A DNA stretch of 63,999 bases, counting the filler, from Asterionella formosa (taxonomy: Eukaryota): the NCBI GenBank assembly GCA_002256025.1. It is 10 parts of 10 records of this genome, joined end to end, with 100 filler letters (N's around TTAATTAATTAA, not from the genome) between each part and the next. Parts side by side here need not be neighbours in the genome. Positions count along the whole stretch, not along the records: positions 1 to 6,345 come from NKIB01012739.1; positions 6,446 to 12,783 come from NKIB01012740.1; 8 more parts are not named here. The stretch is one strand, 5' to 3'. The position numbers and the translations under genes were made by a program. Shown piece by piece: positions 1 to 12,558 of the stretch. The notes under the pieces are model-generated. The model was not told where the DNA came from. It made no database searches and saw only the letters and a program-made list of their open reading frames with translations. Each line of letters opens with the position of its first letter. Position 1 is the stretch's first letter.

Positions 1-2510
1 AATGGGTGGAGCATGTTAGGAGAATCGGGGTTTATGTTTTCTTGACGCCAACGTGGGCCTGCTTGGCTGAACTTGCAGATGAAGGCATTGAGTAACCTGG
101 GCATGTGAAGCCAAAGGATAAAGAAAAGTCTATGACAAGGGTGATGAGATAGTGTTTAGGAGGGGGGAGCAAAAGATATCATAGCTGAACGCATTCGAAA
201 CTTGTATAGACAATAAGTGGTGGAATACCATGGCTGCTCTTGCTTGGCTGACAGATGCCAAGTCAAGTACGAACACAACGAGCGAGGGTGCACAAAAGAC
301 AGTCCAATTTTTATCGACTGGCTGATACTTAGTTGTGAGACTCACCATTCTGCAATGGGGTGGACTTTGATCATTGCTTCGTTCAAAGCACAATCAATTC
401 GAATGCTGTCCAGTGAAACAGCCAATGAAAACAGTTGTGGCGAAAAAGCGCAGAACAGATCAAGAGCGAGATTTCATAGGAATTAAAATAGCAACAGCAG
501 GGCATATATGATGCACTGCTCCTTGTGAAGACTAGCTATATTTGATCATTTCCATATTTCATACTATACAGGTGCATGGATGACTCCTTCCGCCCTTTCA
601 TTATATATGCAGCCATATTGCGATAATTCCACAGGACCTATAGGATTGGTAGTCTGGTGCTGGTCATCATTTCCGCATTGTATATACCAGTAGGAGTCAC
701 CATGTATGCATGCATGCTGCGATAATTCTTACAAGACATAAAAATTTGGTAGCTTGGGGGTTATCAATTCCCTTCTGTATACAGGGGGGAAGGGGTTGCA
801 TGTATGAGCAACTACTCCGGTATAAACTATGATCTTTAATCAATGAATTTAGATTTGTTTATCCTATAACTTTGATCCTAACATATTGATCATATGATGA
901 ACGGTGTCGTTGATGAGAAAATGAACGATCAACATTTATTTTCAAGAATATGGATCAATAGATCTTAGAAATATGATCAAATGATCCTAAACACATGAGT
1001 ATATTCAGTTTTCCGCTGCACTATTGTGGTATTTCCATGATGGAAGAAATTACCAGCAATTATACAGTACTACTGGTAGGCCATATGAATACATAAATGT
1101 ATGATTTCGACCATTTGAAAAATTGGTGATGACTCCCGTTTATTAAGGGGCTTAATTAAATCAGCCACTGACTTGTAGGTACAAGAATTGACACAATACA
1201 AACTGAAAAAACTCAACAGGTCGTGGAAAACTATGAACTCATCATGCAATGTATATATTTGAATTATCAAAATTGATGAAAGTATACACAGGATGTGCCG
1301 TATCATGAGCATGTTTCAAACTATGCAAATGTTCAACTACTATATATACTTTTAAACTTCTTACAAATCTTTATTTAGATGTATTCATGGCTGAAACATT
1401 TGAAATCATGTTTTCATGTTCCTTGTCATGCATACACTTTGCTCCTGAACTGAAGGATTAACGCAGATGATGACGCGGAAAACGAAAGTGATAATACAGC
1501 ACAATGATACTTGCGGCTTAGAAAAGAAGGGTGGAATCAATTGATGGTAAGTCAAGAGCAAATGCCTTTCATGTTCCTTGCCATGCTGCATCCACTTCCT
1601 CAAATGAAGGATCGTCTCAAGCAACACATGATGCGAAAAACTGAAGTGACAATACACCATGCGGCTAAGAAGGAGTGAATATGATGGAGAAGGGCGCAAT
1701 CAACAAGCTGTGCATAGCATCACGGTTTGTCAAGAGCAAATGCCAAGATGACCAATTGGAGCAATTACAAATACGGAATGACTCGTCCCCTTTCAGTGAT
1801 TCAATAGCTCCTTTCCGATTTGGTGACTGGCCAACCATCAATGGCTGTGGACAAAAGAAATCGGTAAGTGCTGCCTATCAGCCATCTTTGGATCAATCCA
1901 CAACTGTTAGAAAAACACATTTGCTTCTTTCAGGATAATGGTAGACAAATAGTATTTGTAAGTTACAAACAGCAGTGTTGGAGCCCATTTATTGATCAAT
2001 ACTTTGCTTCTCATTCAATCTTCAGCTGACACGCACATTATTTTACAGAAATATGCATCAGTTACCTCCTCAATTTGTGGTAAGTGAAGGCAGATAGAAG
2101 CGAAATGAATATTGTTGTGTAAGCAAAACATGAACAGCTGACAATGAATTGCTTCTCTTTGTTAGTATGGCTGATTGGAACAACGAAACGGATTCAATAG
2201 TGCGTGAATGCAAACTCAGAACCCTCAGGAGTACTAAATGGAACAAAGCAGGTGAACAACGGCAAGGCAACCAGTACAACAACCTTCAGAATTGGATTGG
2301 GGTGGGAGGTGGAAGTGAAAGCGGCACCAACAATCATTGCGACGAGAGCATTGTAGAACATTCTGTAGCCACTTAAGATATAGAATCATAGAACCATTCT
2401 TAGCTAAATATAGTTCTAAATTTCGATCAATTTCATCCTATTTTAGACAGTGATATCGATGAGAATTACAATCATGCTAAGATAGATGCATGACAAAAGT
2501 ATACTCATCA
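1..2510 (+). mobile_element. Partial copy of a multi-copy decayed DNA transposon (same family as 40189-43528 and 59390-62078)
   Basis: Long reverse-complement matches to both other copies (e.g. ORF remnants GCTKDSPIFIDWLILSCETHHSAMGWTLIIASF and MNMMEKGxINKLCIxSRFV). Many stops and frameshifts; ATGATC/GATCAT-rich tracts. Confidence 0.85.
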
Positions 2511-2574
2511 TACGTGGAAATCAGTACCGGTATACGGGTACTGATTTCGCATGCTGGTATGGTACATCTAATAC

Positions 2575-2700
2575 GTGTGGTTCAAGTGTGGCTGGCGTGA
2601 TTTTACAAGACCGTAATACTTCATCCAATCAATCTGGAGCAGGTGAGTAAATTCAATTTAACCAATTAGAATATGTGTAGTGACGTGGCAATGTACCCTG
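2575..2700 (+). repeat. Fragment of dispersed repeat family X
   Basis: AAGTGTGGCTGGCGTGATTTTACAAGACCG...AATTCAATTxAACCAAT is shared with 18441-18545 and, split by an insertion, with 40178-40188 plus 43529-43605. Confidence 0.8.
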
Positions 2701-3118
2701 GAGTCTTATGATCATCTACTGGTACCTGTCGTGAATACAGTACCGGACTGTCAGTACACCCAAGAAAATGTTACATGTTTATCCAATGTGGCCGGCATGG
2801 GTTTGCAAGACCTCGCAAACCAGGCCAATCAAACAGAGAAATGTAATTCTCGTTAACCAATCATACTCTATATGTGGAAGCGGGCACTTACAATGGAATT
2901 TTTCGGACAGGAGATTTTAGGACTAAAAATTCCAGCACACGACTACCATTCCAATGATGACGTTTCGGCACTTTATGATTCCGATTCCGATATTTTGGCG
3001 ACTGTAGAAAAGGCCGATTTTGTCGAGTTTTTGGACGACGATAGCTAAACGTTTGCTGGGTCTGACGGCGATTTAGATGCATAGGTAACTTTCAAATAGC
3101 ATCAGCATATAACTTCTA

Positions 3119-3245
3119 GCAAGAAACTGCAGAAAGGAACTTCGGTTTTTTAAATATGCCAAATAAACAGATTTCCGCCGAGTTTTCCAATCTTTTTATT
3201 TTTAGCATACTAAAAAAACCGAAGTTCCTTTCTGCAGTTTCTTGC
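3119..3245. repeat. Foldback palindrome (likely centre of a non-autonomous element)
   Basis: GCAAGAAACTGCAGAAAGGAACTTCGGTTTTTT and its perfect reverse complement AAAAAACCGAAGTTCCTTTCTGCAGTTTCTTGC (33-bp arms), with further imperfect pairing on both sides. Confidence 0.85.
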
Positions 3246-3695
3246 CAGATCCTATATCCTGACAATATATAGAGTGGACCTACACCACCCCTACTTTGTC
3301 CGAAGACTGTATGTAAGCATATGGAAAGGGTGTCTATTGGTGAAAGCTCGGTTGAGTGTTATACATATTTGATTTATATGTGGAAAGTATGTGTTTGATT
3401 AGTCTGACTCAATTTTATTTTATTAACCCTACCTTGAGCTCCGGTTTCAAATGCAGCAACCTTAAACTGATATAATAAAAAGTATGTAGAAAGAATGAGA
3501 TGAAGAAAAGGAATTGTTAACAAATGAAAAACTCTTCAATTAATATATTAATTGGTATTAATACAGCTGTAGGAATGAGCTTTGTCGGCCTTACTCGACC
3601 TTCCTAAGTTTACACATGCAAATGGCAGGTCTTTAATTAAACTGAAGAAACAGAAAGAATGATTGATAATCTTTGGACAAAAATTAATATGCGCC

Positions 3696-5306
3696 TTAGA
3701 TCAGGGAGCCATTGGCTCCACTTCTGGAACGCCCCATGACGATTCCAGAGTTCTGGCGAGAAAGGTCTTCATCGTAGGCATGTTTTCCCCGACGAGGTCT
3801 CCAAGAGATGTTCTTCTTGGAAAGAGCACCGTGTAGGCAGCAAGCCCAGATCCACATCAAGAGACAGGCAGTGGCGACAAGCACAAGAGCAGCAATTTGG
3901 GCAGGAGAAACTTTTGCTCTGACATTGTTGTATTGTTTTGCGTATTCCGAGCTGCTTCTCCAATTGGAAGTATTAAAGAACCACGAATTGGCATCGAGAA
4001 CAATATCTCCCGTCTCATCATAAGATCCAGACTGCAAGTTCGAAATAAAGTTGCAGACCATGTTCTCGTTGTCAGATTGTTGCTGCGACTATGAACAAAT
4101 AATAATAAAGTAAGTTAGGGGGTTGCAGTGATTTGATAACTATGTAGCGAAAGTAAGTTAATTTGCCCTTATTGAAGGCACTTACATTGTAGGACGCTTC
4201 TTGGGCTGAGTAGTAGTTCTTGTGGCACTTGGCGCTGCTGCTATAGAGTAGCTCGCACACTTCGCTCACTTGGTCGTTGTCGGAATTATCGGAGGCGGTT
4301 TCGTCCCATATGTTGCTCTAAAACATTGAAATTTGTTAGATATTATAAAAGGGACAAGGTAAGGAGGGCGGATTGCCGCCTTTCTATAACCATGACTTAC
4401 CTGTTCCTTGCAAGAGACACACTCCTTGGGGAAGTAGGTGTTAAGTTCGCTCGTATCGAACTCTACACCAGTCACTTCTTCAATGGTGAATGTATCCGCG
4501 GTATAGTTTGAGCACTGGTTATCACTGAATATTCCCAAAGTGATGGTGAAGCCGTCGCTTCCGCAATGGGGAGCAATATACAACATCCCGTTGTCGGCAT
4601 CACTAAATTCAACAGCTTTGCATTGGAAGTACTCTTCAAAAACAGTGGCCGAATCTGTGCATGTGGTGGCGGCTCCCGCACAAGCTTCTTCTCCAGCTGT
4701 CGTACAGTTGAAGCTTGCATCATATGTTTCATTGCTCTGATAGGCCAAACATTTATCGCAAAAGGCGCAGAAGTTCTCTTTTTTATCCGCCGTGTATTGC
4801 TGAATTGCCTCAAGATAGGTATCCATCAAAACAACGTATTCGCCGTAGTCGAGTGTGCACCCAGTCACTGTATATTTGTTGCAATAAAAAGAGGGGCAAA
4901 GGCGGAAGATAACAAATCGATTCGCCGCGAGGACGGTGGAGGCATATGTCGCTGCAAGCTCATCAGAATATGACTTAACAGTGGAACATCCAGAGTACTT
5001 GATGGAATACTCAGTGATATCAAAGCCAAAGTTTTGCCATTCGTCATCACCGTTGGCTGCAAGGTCACGGCCTCCAATGTGTTTTGCCTCGGACATAATT
5101 TTTTGGAAGAAGAGGTTTTTGCGAGCGGCGTCGCTGTCAGCTCTGATTGAACCAACACGAGAGCTTGCTGACTCTTCGAAATCCATCACGTTCAAAAATG
5201 CTTGATGATTAGTATTGTCCAACGATACCTTTGACTCGCCCATAGGCGCAGAAGATAGAATGAGGAGAGCCGAAAGGCACAACTGGACAACCGGAGACAA
5301 CGTCAT
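3696..5306 (-). CDS. Silicanin-1-like (Sin1 family) type I membrane protein, 3 exons, ~476 aa
   Basis: Exons 5306-4401, 4317-4186 and 4088-3696, joined in frame by GTAAGT...AG introns (4400-4318, 4185-4089). Signal peptide, RXL motif (GGRDL), Cys-patterned luminal domain (YSIKYSGC..VKSYSDELA..FVIFRLCP..C..YGEYVV; YIAPHC; IFSDNQCS; CELLYSSSAKC; VCNFI), one C-terminal TM helix and a cytosolic tail (LSRQNSG). Confidence 0.82.
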
Positions 5307-6345
5307 TGTGCAAACACGAGATATTCGAATCTAAGTTAATTATTAGAATGAGGGTATTGCTGGGAATCGGTTAACGATTGTTTTGTTTGTCGACTGTCCT
5401 CGCCAATTTTATACTTGAATAGCAGTATTCTTGTTGACAAACGTTTTCGGTGTGCCCGTAATTACGGTCGCTGAAACGGATACCTCTGTTGTGTATTCAA
5501 ATCCAGATAAATGCATTGGTTCAATGTCGTTTGATGGCGCGGGCATGCCAATGACGGATTGAATCGACGTTTTCTGTTCCTGGTATTTTGCAGTTTTTTA
5601 CCCATGTATTACAGTTATTTCTACTCACATATTTAGATCTATAATACGTATACAAGAATACTCGTTCGCTAGAAACAACAGTTTTTGAACTGATTCTAAC
5701 TGCCCATCAAAATGCCGGAACAGCCAATTTAAACTTTCCAATGAAGCGTGAAATGCCGCCCGGTATCAAAGTGTACAGTACCTGGTACCAGGGACATGCG
5801 GTACGTGTATAATTTGTAAGTGCATACGTACAAGTTCCTACATAGGGCCTAGTATGTGTGAAATAAATGACAGAAACGAGCGACCGCCGAGGGCTGTCTC
5901 GGCGTAGGAAACCGTGATCCCCCACGAATGCAAAAATTGCGTTCCACATGTTTATGCGTCATTTTCTGGAGGAACTCGGAGTTCTATCTTATGTAGACGA
6001 TGTCCGCATAGATCTGCAGACTCTACATACTGTTAATGAGCGTACACTGATTATGACCGGAATAGCGAATACCTATGTATTCACTCAACAAATTAAAAAA
6101 ATAACGAAGGGGTGCAAACTGTATAACGGTGACGGTAACACACGAACGGTCAGCCAACAATAAAAATGCAAGCCTACATAACCTGGTCCCTGGTATATAC
6201 CGAGAGGCAGTGCAGATGCTAAATGTTCCTGACGTTGAAAAGAGGGAATGAGTTTCTATGTAGCAGCATAAAGAAAATGACATTTTCGGTGGGATGCCTT
6301 TTCAAATTGATTTAATTATGGCCCCAAGTGGCTTCTCTCCAAAAA

Positions 6346-6445
6346 NNNNNNNNNNNNNNNNNNNNNNNNNNNNNNNNNNNNNNNNNNNNTTAATTAATTA
6401 ANNNNNNNNNNNNNNNNNNNNNNNNNNNNNNNNNNNNNNNNNNNN
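6346..6445. other. Artificial scaffold linker (44 N + TTAATTAATTAA + 44 N)
   Basis: The same 100-nt block recurs at 12784, 19221, 25658, 32093, 38528, 44954, 51380 and 57800. TTAATTAATTAA gives stops in all six frames. Intervening pieces are 6338, 6337, 6337, 6335, 6335, 6326, 6326 and 6320 nt, i.e. size-sorted. Confidence 0.98.
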
Positions 6446-7274
6446 TGAAACACTTGATCGTTTTCCTCTTTTCTTTCTGCTCAGGAGTGAGCTCCTTCTT
6501 GTCGGCACTATTGCCCTTGCTGCGACATTCAGCCGCCTTGTGGCCATACTTGCCACACTTACGACAGTCACCTTTGAACTTCCCTTTCGTGTAGAAGGCC
6601 TGTTCACTCTTGTTCTTGTCAGTCGTTTTGACGTCATCCCGGACATATAGATCGTAGTAGTCCCGGATGTCTGTCTTAATCTCTTCGACCGTTAGCGTGT
6701 TGCGCGCCAGGCCGAACCTTCCTACTACCAAACTCTTGTAGCTCTCCGGTAGGTTGTTGATCATGTGTGCCACATAGGCACCATCCGAAACGGCGGAGCT
6801 CGTATTGCCCAATCGTTCCCGGATTCGATCCAACTCCACATACCAGCTGTCGGGGTTCTCGTTTTCCCCTAGAGTGCACTTCGTCCATTGGTGGGACAAG
6901 GCAATGACATTCGCCATGTTGCCTGACTCATACGTCGAAATGAGCTTGTCCCATGCTTCTTTAGCATTGCCGTTAGGAAACTCGGCACTTCTTGCATTAT
7001 TTACGTGTCCGAATGGCCCACTCTGGCATGCCATTATCAGACTTGCGTAAGCAACTGTGTTGCTCCTTCGGATGCGTCTCTCGTCAGCATCCGACAACAC
7101 GATCGTATCGCCCTTTAGGTCTTTCTCTCCTCTTGGTAGTTCGTCACCGTTAAGTATTCCTTGAAAGTTCTTGTAGCACGTGTATGCGAGAAACTTCGCT
7201 TTCCACATGTGCCATTTAGCATCTTGCCCATCGAATGTCGGCAACCTCACTGACGTGTCTTCGTCACTTCCCAT
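6446..7274 (-). CDS. gag: Ty1/Copia (CoDi-like) gag, truncated by scaffold end
   Basis: Open frame with LPTFDG..WHMWKAKFLAY, NAKEAWDKL and zinc knuckle CRKCGKYGHKAAEC (CX2CX4HX4C). A second knuckle begins at the contig edge (IKCF). Confidence 0.9.
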
Positions 7275-7368
7275 CGTTCCTGAGTAGCCTGTGGCCTTAA
7301 AGTGGACGCTTTAAAGCGTGTTGAAAGGTCTCCTACTCCTTCCCGTCTGACGGGTTCCTCATACGTAA

Positions 7369-7386
7369 AACTTACCTGCTATACCA
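7369..7386 (-). promoter_or_regulatory. Putative primer-binding site of the Copia element (initiator tRNA-Met type)
   Basis: Minus strand TGGTATAGCAGGTAAGTT lies upstream of gag. Its complement AAC-TTAC-CTGCTAT-ACCA has the layout of a eukaryotic tRNA-iMet 3' end. Confidence 0.55.
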
Positions 7387-7393
7387 CTAGTAT

Positions 7394-7835
7394 TGTTATC
7401 TTCTTTCTGCTGCTAGCCTTCGTGCTAGTTTTCGCTATTGACCTTACTCTGTCAATTCTCACTGTTTCTTAATTATAAGATTAAACTAAAACTAAGTTTC
7501 AATCCCATTCATCACACTTCGAGAACCTGTTCTTCGTGTTCCCTTTTTGTTGATGTAAACCTTCTTCTGATTGATCTAAGACATCAATCTCGTTAGCAAG
7601 CTTCTTGACATGGGAACGCACCATTTGACTCATTGGACTATAGTCGAGTCCACAGTCCTTGTGACTCATTATAGCCATTGATGCTATATTCTTGACAAAG
7701 AACTGCTGTGACCCACTGAGTTCTCCTATTCGTTTGATTAGTTCGACTAAACCTTTTCCATGCCTTGCGAGAATCAAACTTCCAGGTCTTGTTAACCAAA
7801 GGAGTCAGCAGGTTGCGGATCAGTCGGTATTCTCA
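7394..7835 (-). mobile_element. Probable 5' LTR of the Copia element
   Basis: Bounded by TG...CA and adjacent to the putative PBS. Segment 7584-7697 recurs next to a gag remnant at 54075-54190. Boundaries are tentative. Confidence 0.5.
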
Positions 7836-8053
7836 TTGAAGGTCGAGGTACTGAGATACGAACCATTTTATGTGGACAAAATTTGCCAGTAATGGGTCAC
7901 AGCAGTACTACTTAAATTTTTATCTATAATTGTAAATAATTGTATATACCATTATGATCACGGATTACCCCATTTGGTTTTCGCAAAATTATTTATAAGA
8001 ATTTTCGCATCCAATATTTATATCACAATCACACAAAAATGCATTCAGCCACA

Positions 8054-9171
8054 TTAAATGCTTGTGCCTATCAATACCACTGCAATATCGCCCTCATCCC
8101 TACTAAGCTCCTGCCCTTCCACAAGCACATCATCAAGAGGCCAAATTGGATATGGAGAATACTTTTCTCCATGGCAACAAGTCTCCAAATATCTTGCCAA
8201 CAAGTTCTGTCTGGTTATTGGAAGCGGCGCATCGCCGTTGCGCTTGTACCATGTTACCATTGTTTTCAGTTCAGCTACGTTGTAGCTTCCAGCTTCCTTT
8301 CCAGTCTCTCTGATGGCCTGTACCTTCTGTGACAATTCAAAAAACCGTTGATTCAATTTCTGCTCCTTGTTTTGTTCCTGGATTTCATGCCGGTGTTTGA
8401 TTTCCAGCATATGCTCAAAAAGCGGTGGTCCTAGACAAGTGTTTCCAACAGCAAAGTGCAGTCCTACAGTCATTCGTTTGTGTGTGTCAATTGCTGCTTG
8501 TGCTGTTTGTTTTCTTTTCCTGGCATGTTCTGCTGCATCATTACCATTTCGCACATCTTCTCTGTTTATGTATTCAACGATTTGATTTGTAAGAGTTCCT
8601 GAAAGTCCTTCTTGCAGGTTGAGCTGGTCAGGTGTAATAGAGGTTCTGTTGCTGTGTGAGATTCTATTCAATGGGACAACACCAACTTTTGTCAGCCGTA
8701 TTTCAGGATTCAACAAACAATTATAGTTCAAAGGTCCCCAGCCTTGCGCTGCTACCGCTTTTTTGTTTGTGCGTAATCTCGCAAAACTTTTTTCCCAAGC
8801 ATGTGCAACAATTCCAACTACATCTGTCTTCTCAATTGCAAATGAAAGATGGTACAAAGCCTTCTTGGTGAGTAAGTCTCTCTTTGCTTGTGTGAGGTGC
8901 ATCTTGAAACATCCATTCTGTTCTGTCAAATCCCCATTTTCCTTAGAAAGTTTTTCACTTTCTGTGTAGTCACCCATGGGACAAGTTCTTGTACATCGTG
9001 CACAGCACAAGAAATTGCGCCATATGGTAGTTTTCCATTATTGTTGGCTTTCAACACTTCCATATTTGTAGAAATGTTCAATAGGCAATGTTCAATCATT
9101 CTGGCTTTGTTTGTGCTGCTAATAGACTGAGCCGCCTTGCCTGAAGGCACAGTCGATTTCTTTTTTGCCAT
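8054..9171 (-). pseudogene. Internally deleted pogo/Tc1-mariner-like (DDE_1 type) transposase remnant
   Basis: N-terminal piece (9171-~8950) is fused out of frame to a C-terminal piece with EQNGCFKM..AK..LL and DVVGIVAHAWEKSFAR..NKKAVAAQGWGPLNYNCL. The catalytic core is missing. A flanking inverted repeat CGGATTACCCCAT / ATGGGGTAATCCG lies at ~7961 and ~9410. Confidence 0.6.
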
Positions 9172-9998
9172 AGTTTGGATGCATATTATGAGCTAAAAAT
9201 TGTATACTGGTATGTACACATTTCCTTTCCAGTGTATGGGTGATGATGGTATTTGGGTCTACTTGGCGCGCCAGTATATAGTGATCAAGTTACTTAGGCA
9301 CTATCAAGTGACTGGGATAAAGATATGGTATGAATCAGACAACAAATGAATCGAAGGCGACAATTTTGTATACAGCTGCGAATATCATATGACAATGAAT
9401 CCTCAAAACATGGGGTAATCCGGCCGTGTTCTGGCAATATTTTCGTCGATTGCACTTTTCAACCAATATTTTAGGAGAAACCAATTGCTATAAACTTACA
9501 TCTAATGACATAGCCTTAAAGCGTACATGCTCAAGATTGGGATCGAAGTTTTAAAATCAACAAATCTGCATTTGGGAGGGTCAAACCGTGTTTTTCTCCT
9601 TTTCAGTGGGTCACAGCGGTTCCAAATATTTTATAGTGGGTCACAGCAGTTTTTACTGGTACCCAAAAAATGCGATAGAGTCGTGTTCCCGGTACCAGGT
9701 ACCTTGTATCTGGTATACCGGTGTCCGGCAGGATTACCACCATAAGCTAGATGCATATTATTAATCCAGAAGGAAATACACGATGAAGCAAGGAGCAGCG
9801 GTACCAGGTACCGTATGATCATAGTTGCTAGCTTGTGCACGGTACTACTGGTACCAGGTACCAAACTACTAGCGCTTGCTTCCACTACGGGTTTAACTGG
9901 GAGTCTAATTTTTTACGACTACGTTCCCGGTATATGGTAAATGGTACTAGAATCGATTCCGGTGGTATTTCTACCGACAAACACTCACAGATGAAACC

Positions 9999-10498
9999 AT
10001 GACCGACGCCAATCACGAAGCCAACGCCATTGAGAAAGCTCAAGGTCCTTTGGAGATAAATTCCGTCCCCCTGATACCTATAGACGCTGATGTTACTGCG
10101 ATAGCACCGGATGACGAGCTCGAGATACAAGAACAATCGGAACATGCAGAAGAGTTCGTCAATGAAGGTCCGTGACGACAATTTATTGCCTGTGTTCTTC
10201 TAACGGCCATTCATTGTAGCCCATGAATTTTACTCACGTTACTTGAATCACAACAAAAATAATAGGCTTATTGAAATGGGATGAAGCGAGGGAGAAATGG
10301 CTAGGCAAGAGCGATAGTTCCGCGTCATACACGAAGGCTGCTGTGGCGATCGATGTGGACGAGATCATCGATTTAATTTTCAGTCAGAGATGGCGATCAC
10401 CTGACGAAGACAAGTCGAGCTTTCATCAGGCAGTTCCATTACCTCAAATGGTGGATATTTTGGTCGACCTTTGGGAAGCAGAGGGGTTGGATATTTAG
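9999..10498 (+). CDS. DUF4050 / Gag1-like clamp domain protein, 2 exons
   Basis: Exons 9999-10167 and 10266-10498 with a GT...AG intron at 10168-10265. Splicing restores FVNEGLLKWDEAREKW; the C-terminus PLPQMVDILVDLWEAEGLD matches the DUF4050 pattern. Confidence 0.8.
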
Positions 10499-10749
10499 GA
10501 ACTCCAATCCCCTGTAGTCCATGTTACTACTCACGAGGAAGATATGAGCCACATTTTCAACATTACCGGAAAAGGAATGTTGCTTCACTTTTAAAGGTTC
10601 ATATTTGTTTTATTCCTGAGTACTAAAAAAGGCATTTCCCAGAAAATTCTTGTCGTATAGGTCAGCTTACCTTTGGTGTCATGTCACCCTGTTTGTTGGA
10701 TGGTGCAAAAGAAGGAAAGTTTCAAAATGCTAAACAGACTTAATACTGT

Positions 10750-12270
10750 GTTAGATTGCATTTGTAATTTACAATTAGTAATTACAATGAAGACTTGTAG
10801 TCTCTTTGTTTTGGAATAAAGTGAGCTAAATGTTAGAAAGCAAAATAGAAGCTACAAGTTGTTGCCAGTTGACAACAGTCAATTTTTTGCGGATTAATGA
10901 CAGCGGAATGGCCATGTTGAACAGGTTGACCAATGTCTGAAAATTCACATGGTAACAGAATTTCTGGAAAGATGTAATTTGGATTTTACTTCTCCCTCTC
11001 AGCTGAGCAAGTTAGACAAAATTTTACCAACCACAGTTGAATTTGTGAGTTTCTCAGTAACTACTGGTAGACCTTTGGTAAAAATGTCAGCAGGATTGAC
11101 CGCAGTATCAATTTTAAGGATATGTAGCACACCAGAGAAAATGCGCTGGTGTCTTCATAAACAGTGGGCGGGTCTGGCTTTGTGAAGAGCAGTAAGGTCC
11201 TCAGTAATGATATGGTGAAGAGGAATGAGGTCATGGCAGCTGGTGGGGAGAGCCTTGTATACAGCCTGCATGGTGGTAGTAAGGGCAATAGTGGTTTGTT
11301 TTTTAGAAACCCATAAAACAGCACAGCCACCAGCATAGTGGTGACACAGTCAGTGTAGGATTTGGAACAAAAGAGTTCATCTCATTTCTCTGTGCCAAAA
11401 AAACAGCAAAGTCATTCGCAACAAAACAGTCATTTGTAAACTCATAGGTAGTAGGCATGAAAATGATACCCTCATGTAGAGTACCACACAAAGTACCTCA
11501 AATTTTCTTTTTAAGCACACTGGTGGATCGCAAAAGCGATGTCTGGGCGAGTGGTTTTAGATAAGTTGTGGTTAATGCCTCCAACAGAGCGATAATTCCA
11601 CAATTCACACTGGCAAGCAAGGGTACCAATAGAATCAGTATCTAATGGTTCATTTGTCGCAGTAGTAGGGGAGGACAACCCGTGAACAAGGCCAGTGTTC
11701 GCCCTGTGACAACCTTCAGTGCTGCAAGATAGAAACTTATAAATAAGCATACTAGAAGAAGCAGTTTCATGAATAAAACCCCACCAGTCATGAGATTGTA
11801 GACAGTTTGCACATCTTCAATGAGGAGGCAAAAATTTCCGCCTGCATACTCCACTTGGAGTAAATATCAATCATGACTTGAGCAGATCTGAAGAATGTCA
11901 TCAACAAATGCAAAGAATAAAAATAATCAAGGTCCTTGATTTCCATATACTGCCAGACATGCCTGAAGTCCAAATAGAATTGCTTCATCAACACGAGAAA
12001 CAATTAAATACCAAAAATGTGGAGAGTCTTCTTGATCTTGTTCGTTGAATACTTGAGCATGAGAAAGCACAGAGGCAGGAGTTTCAGCAACTAATGCATC
12101 AAGCATAGGAGCAGGTTCTGGCCCAAGATAGGCAGTGATCAATATATGTCTTCAATTGCATTTCTAATTTATGATTAGTTACTAGAATGAAGGCTTGTCA
12201 ATTATATTTTGTGGAATAAAGCGAGTTAAATGTTAGAGTATAAATTAGAATCTAGAAGTTGCCACCAGCA
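10750..12270 (-). mobile_element. Degenerate, internally deleted Copia (CoDi-like) LTR element
   Basis: RT remnant NYRSVG..LSKTTRPDIAFAIHQCA, RNase H remnants (YED; NPADIFTKGLP at ~11065-11100), polypurine tract GAGAGGGAGA (10991-11000) and diverged direct repeats at ~10756-10870 and ~12156-12270. Confidence 0.75.
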
Positions 12271-12509
12271 AGTTGTGGTAATTTTGCTATACCGGTATCT
12301 AGTTCCATCTACGACTTTGTACCGGCAATACTGATTCCAATTCCAAATTGATGCAGGTGTCTTGTCTTGACATCCGTTTAATTAACCGACCCGACTGGCT
12401 TGTTGTTCCTATATATATTTAGCTTTAAATATTGAGACCAATCTGTTTTGCTTATTCTGCCATTTTCTTCTATTCCGTTCTTAATGTAGGACCGTTTTGC
12501 TTAAAGTAT

Positions 12510-12558
12510 GTTTGCTTATAGTAGAGTCCGTTTGCTTATAGTAGAGTCCATTTGCTTA
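12510..12558 (+). repeat. 20-bp tandem repeat (GTTTGCTTATAGTAGAGTCC, ~2.5 copies)
   Basis: Directly visible. Extra TTTGCTTA motifs nearby suggest subterminal repeats of a transposon. Confidence 0.7.

Noticed and set aside
217..2376. Many short ORFs recurring on three scaffolds as a conserved small-protein family
   Set aside because: Frames and stops differ between copies. They are decayed transposon sequence.
5880..5950. Possible snRNA (hairpin CGCCGAG..CTCGGCG and Sm-like AATTTTTG on the minus strand)
   Set aside because: No U1, U2, U4 or U5 conserved motifs nearby, so the evidence is insufficient.
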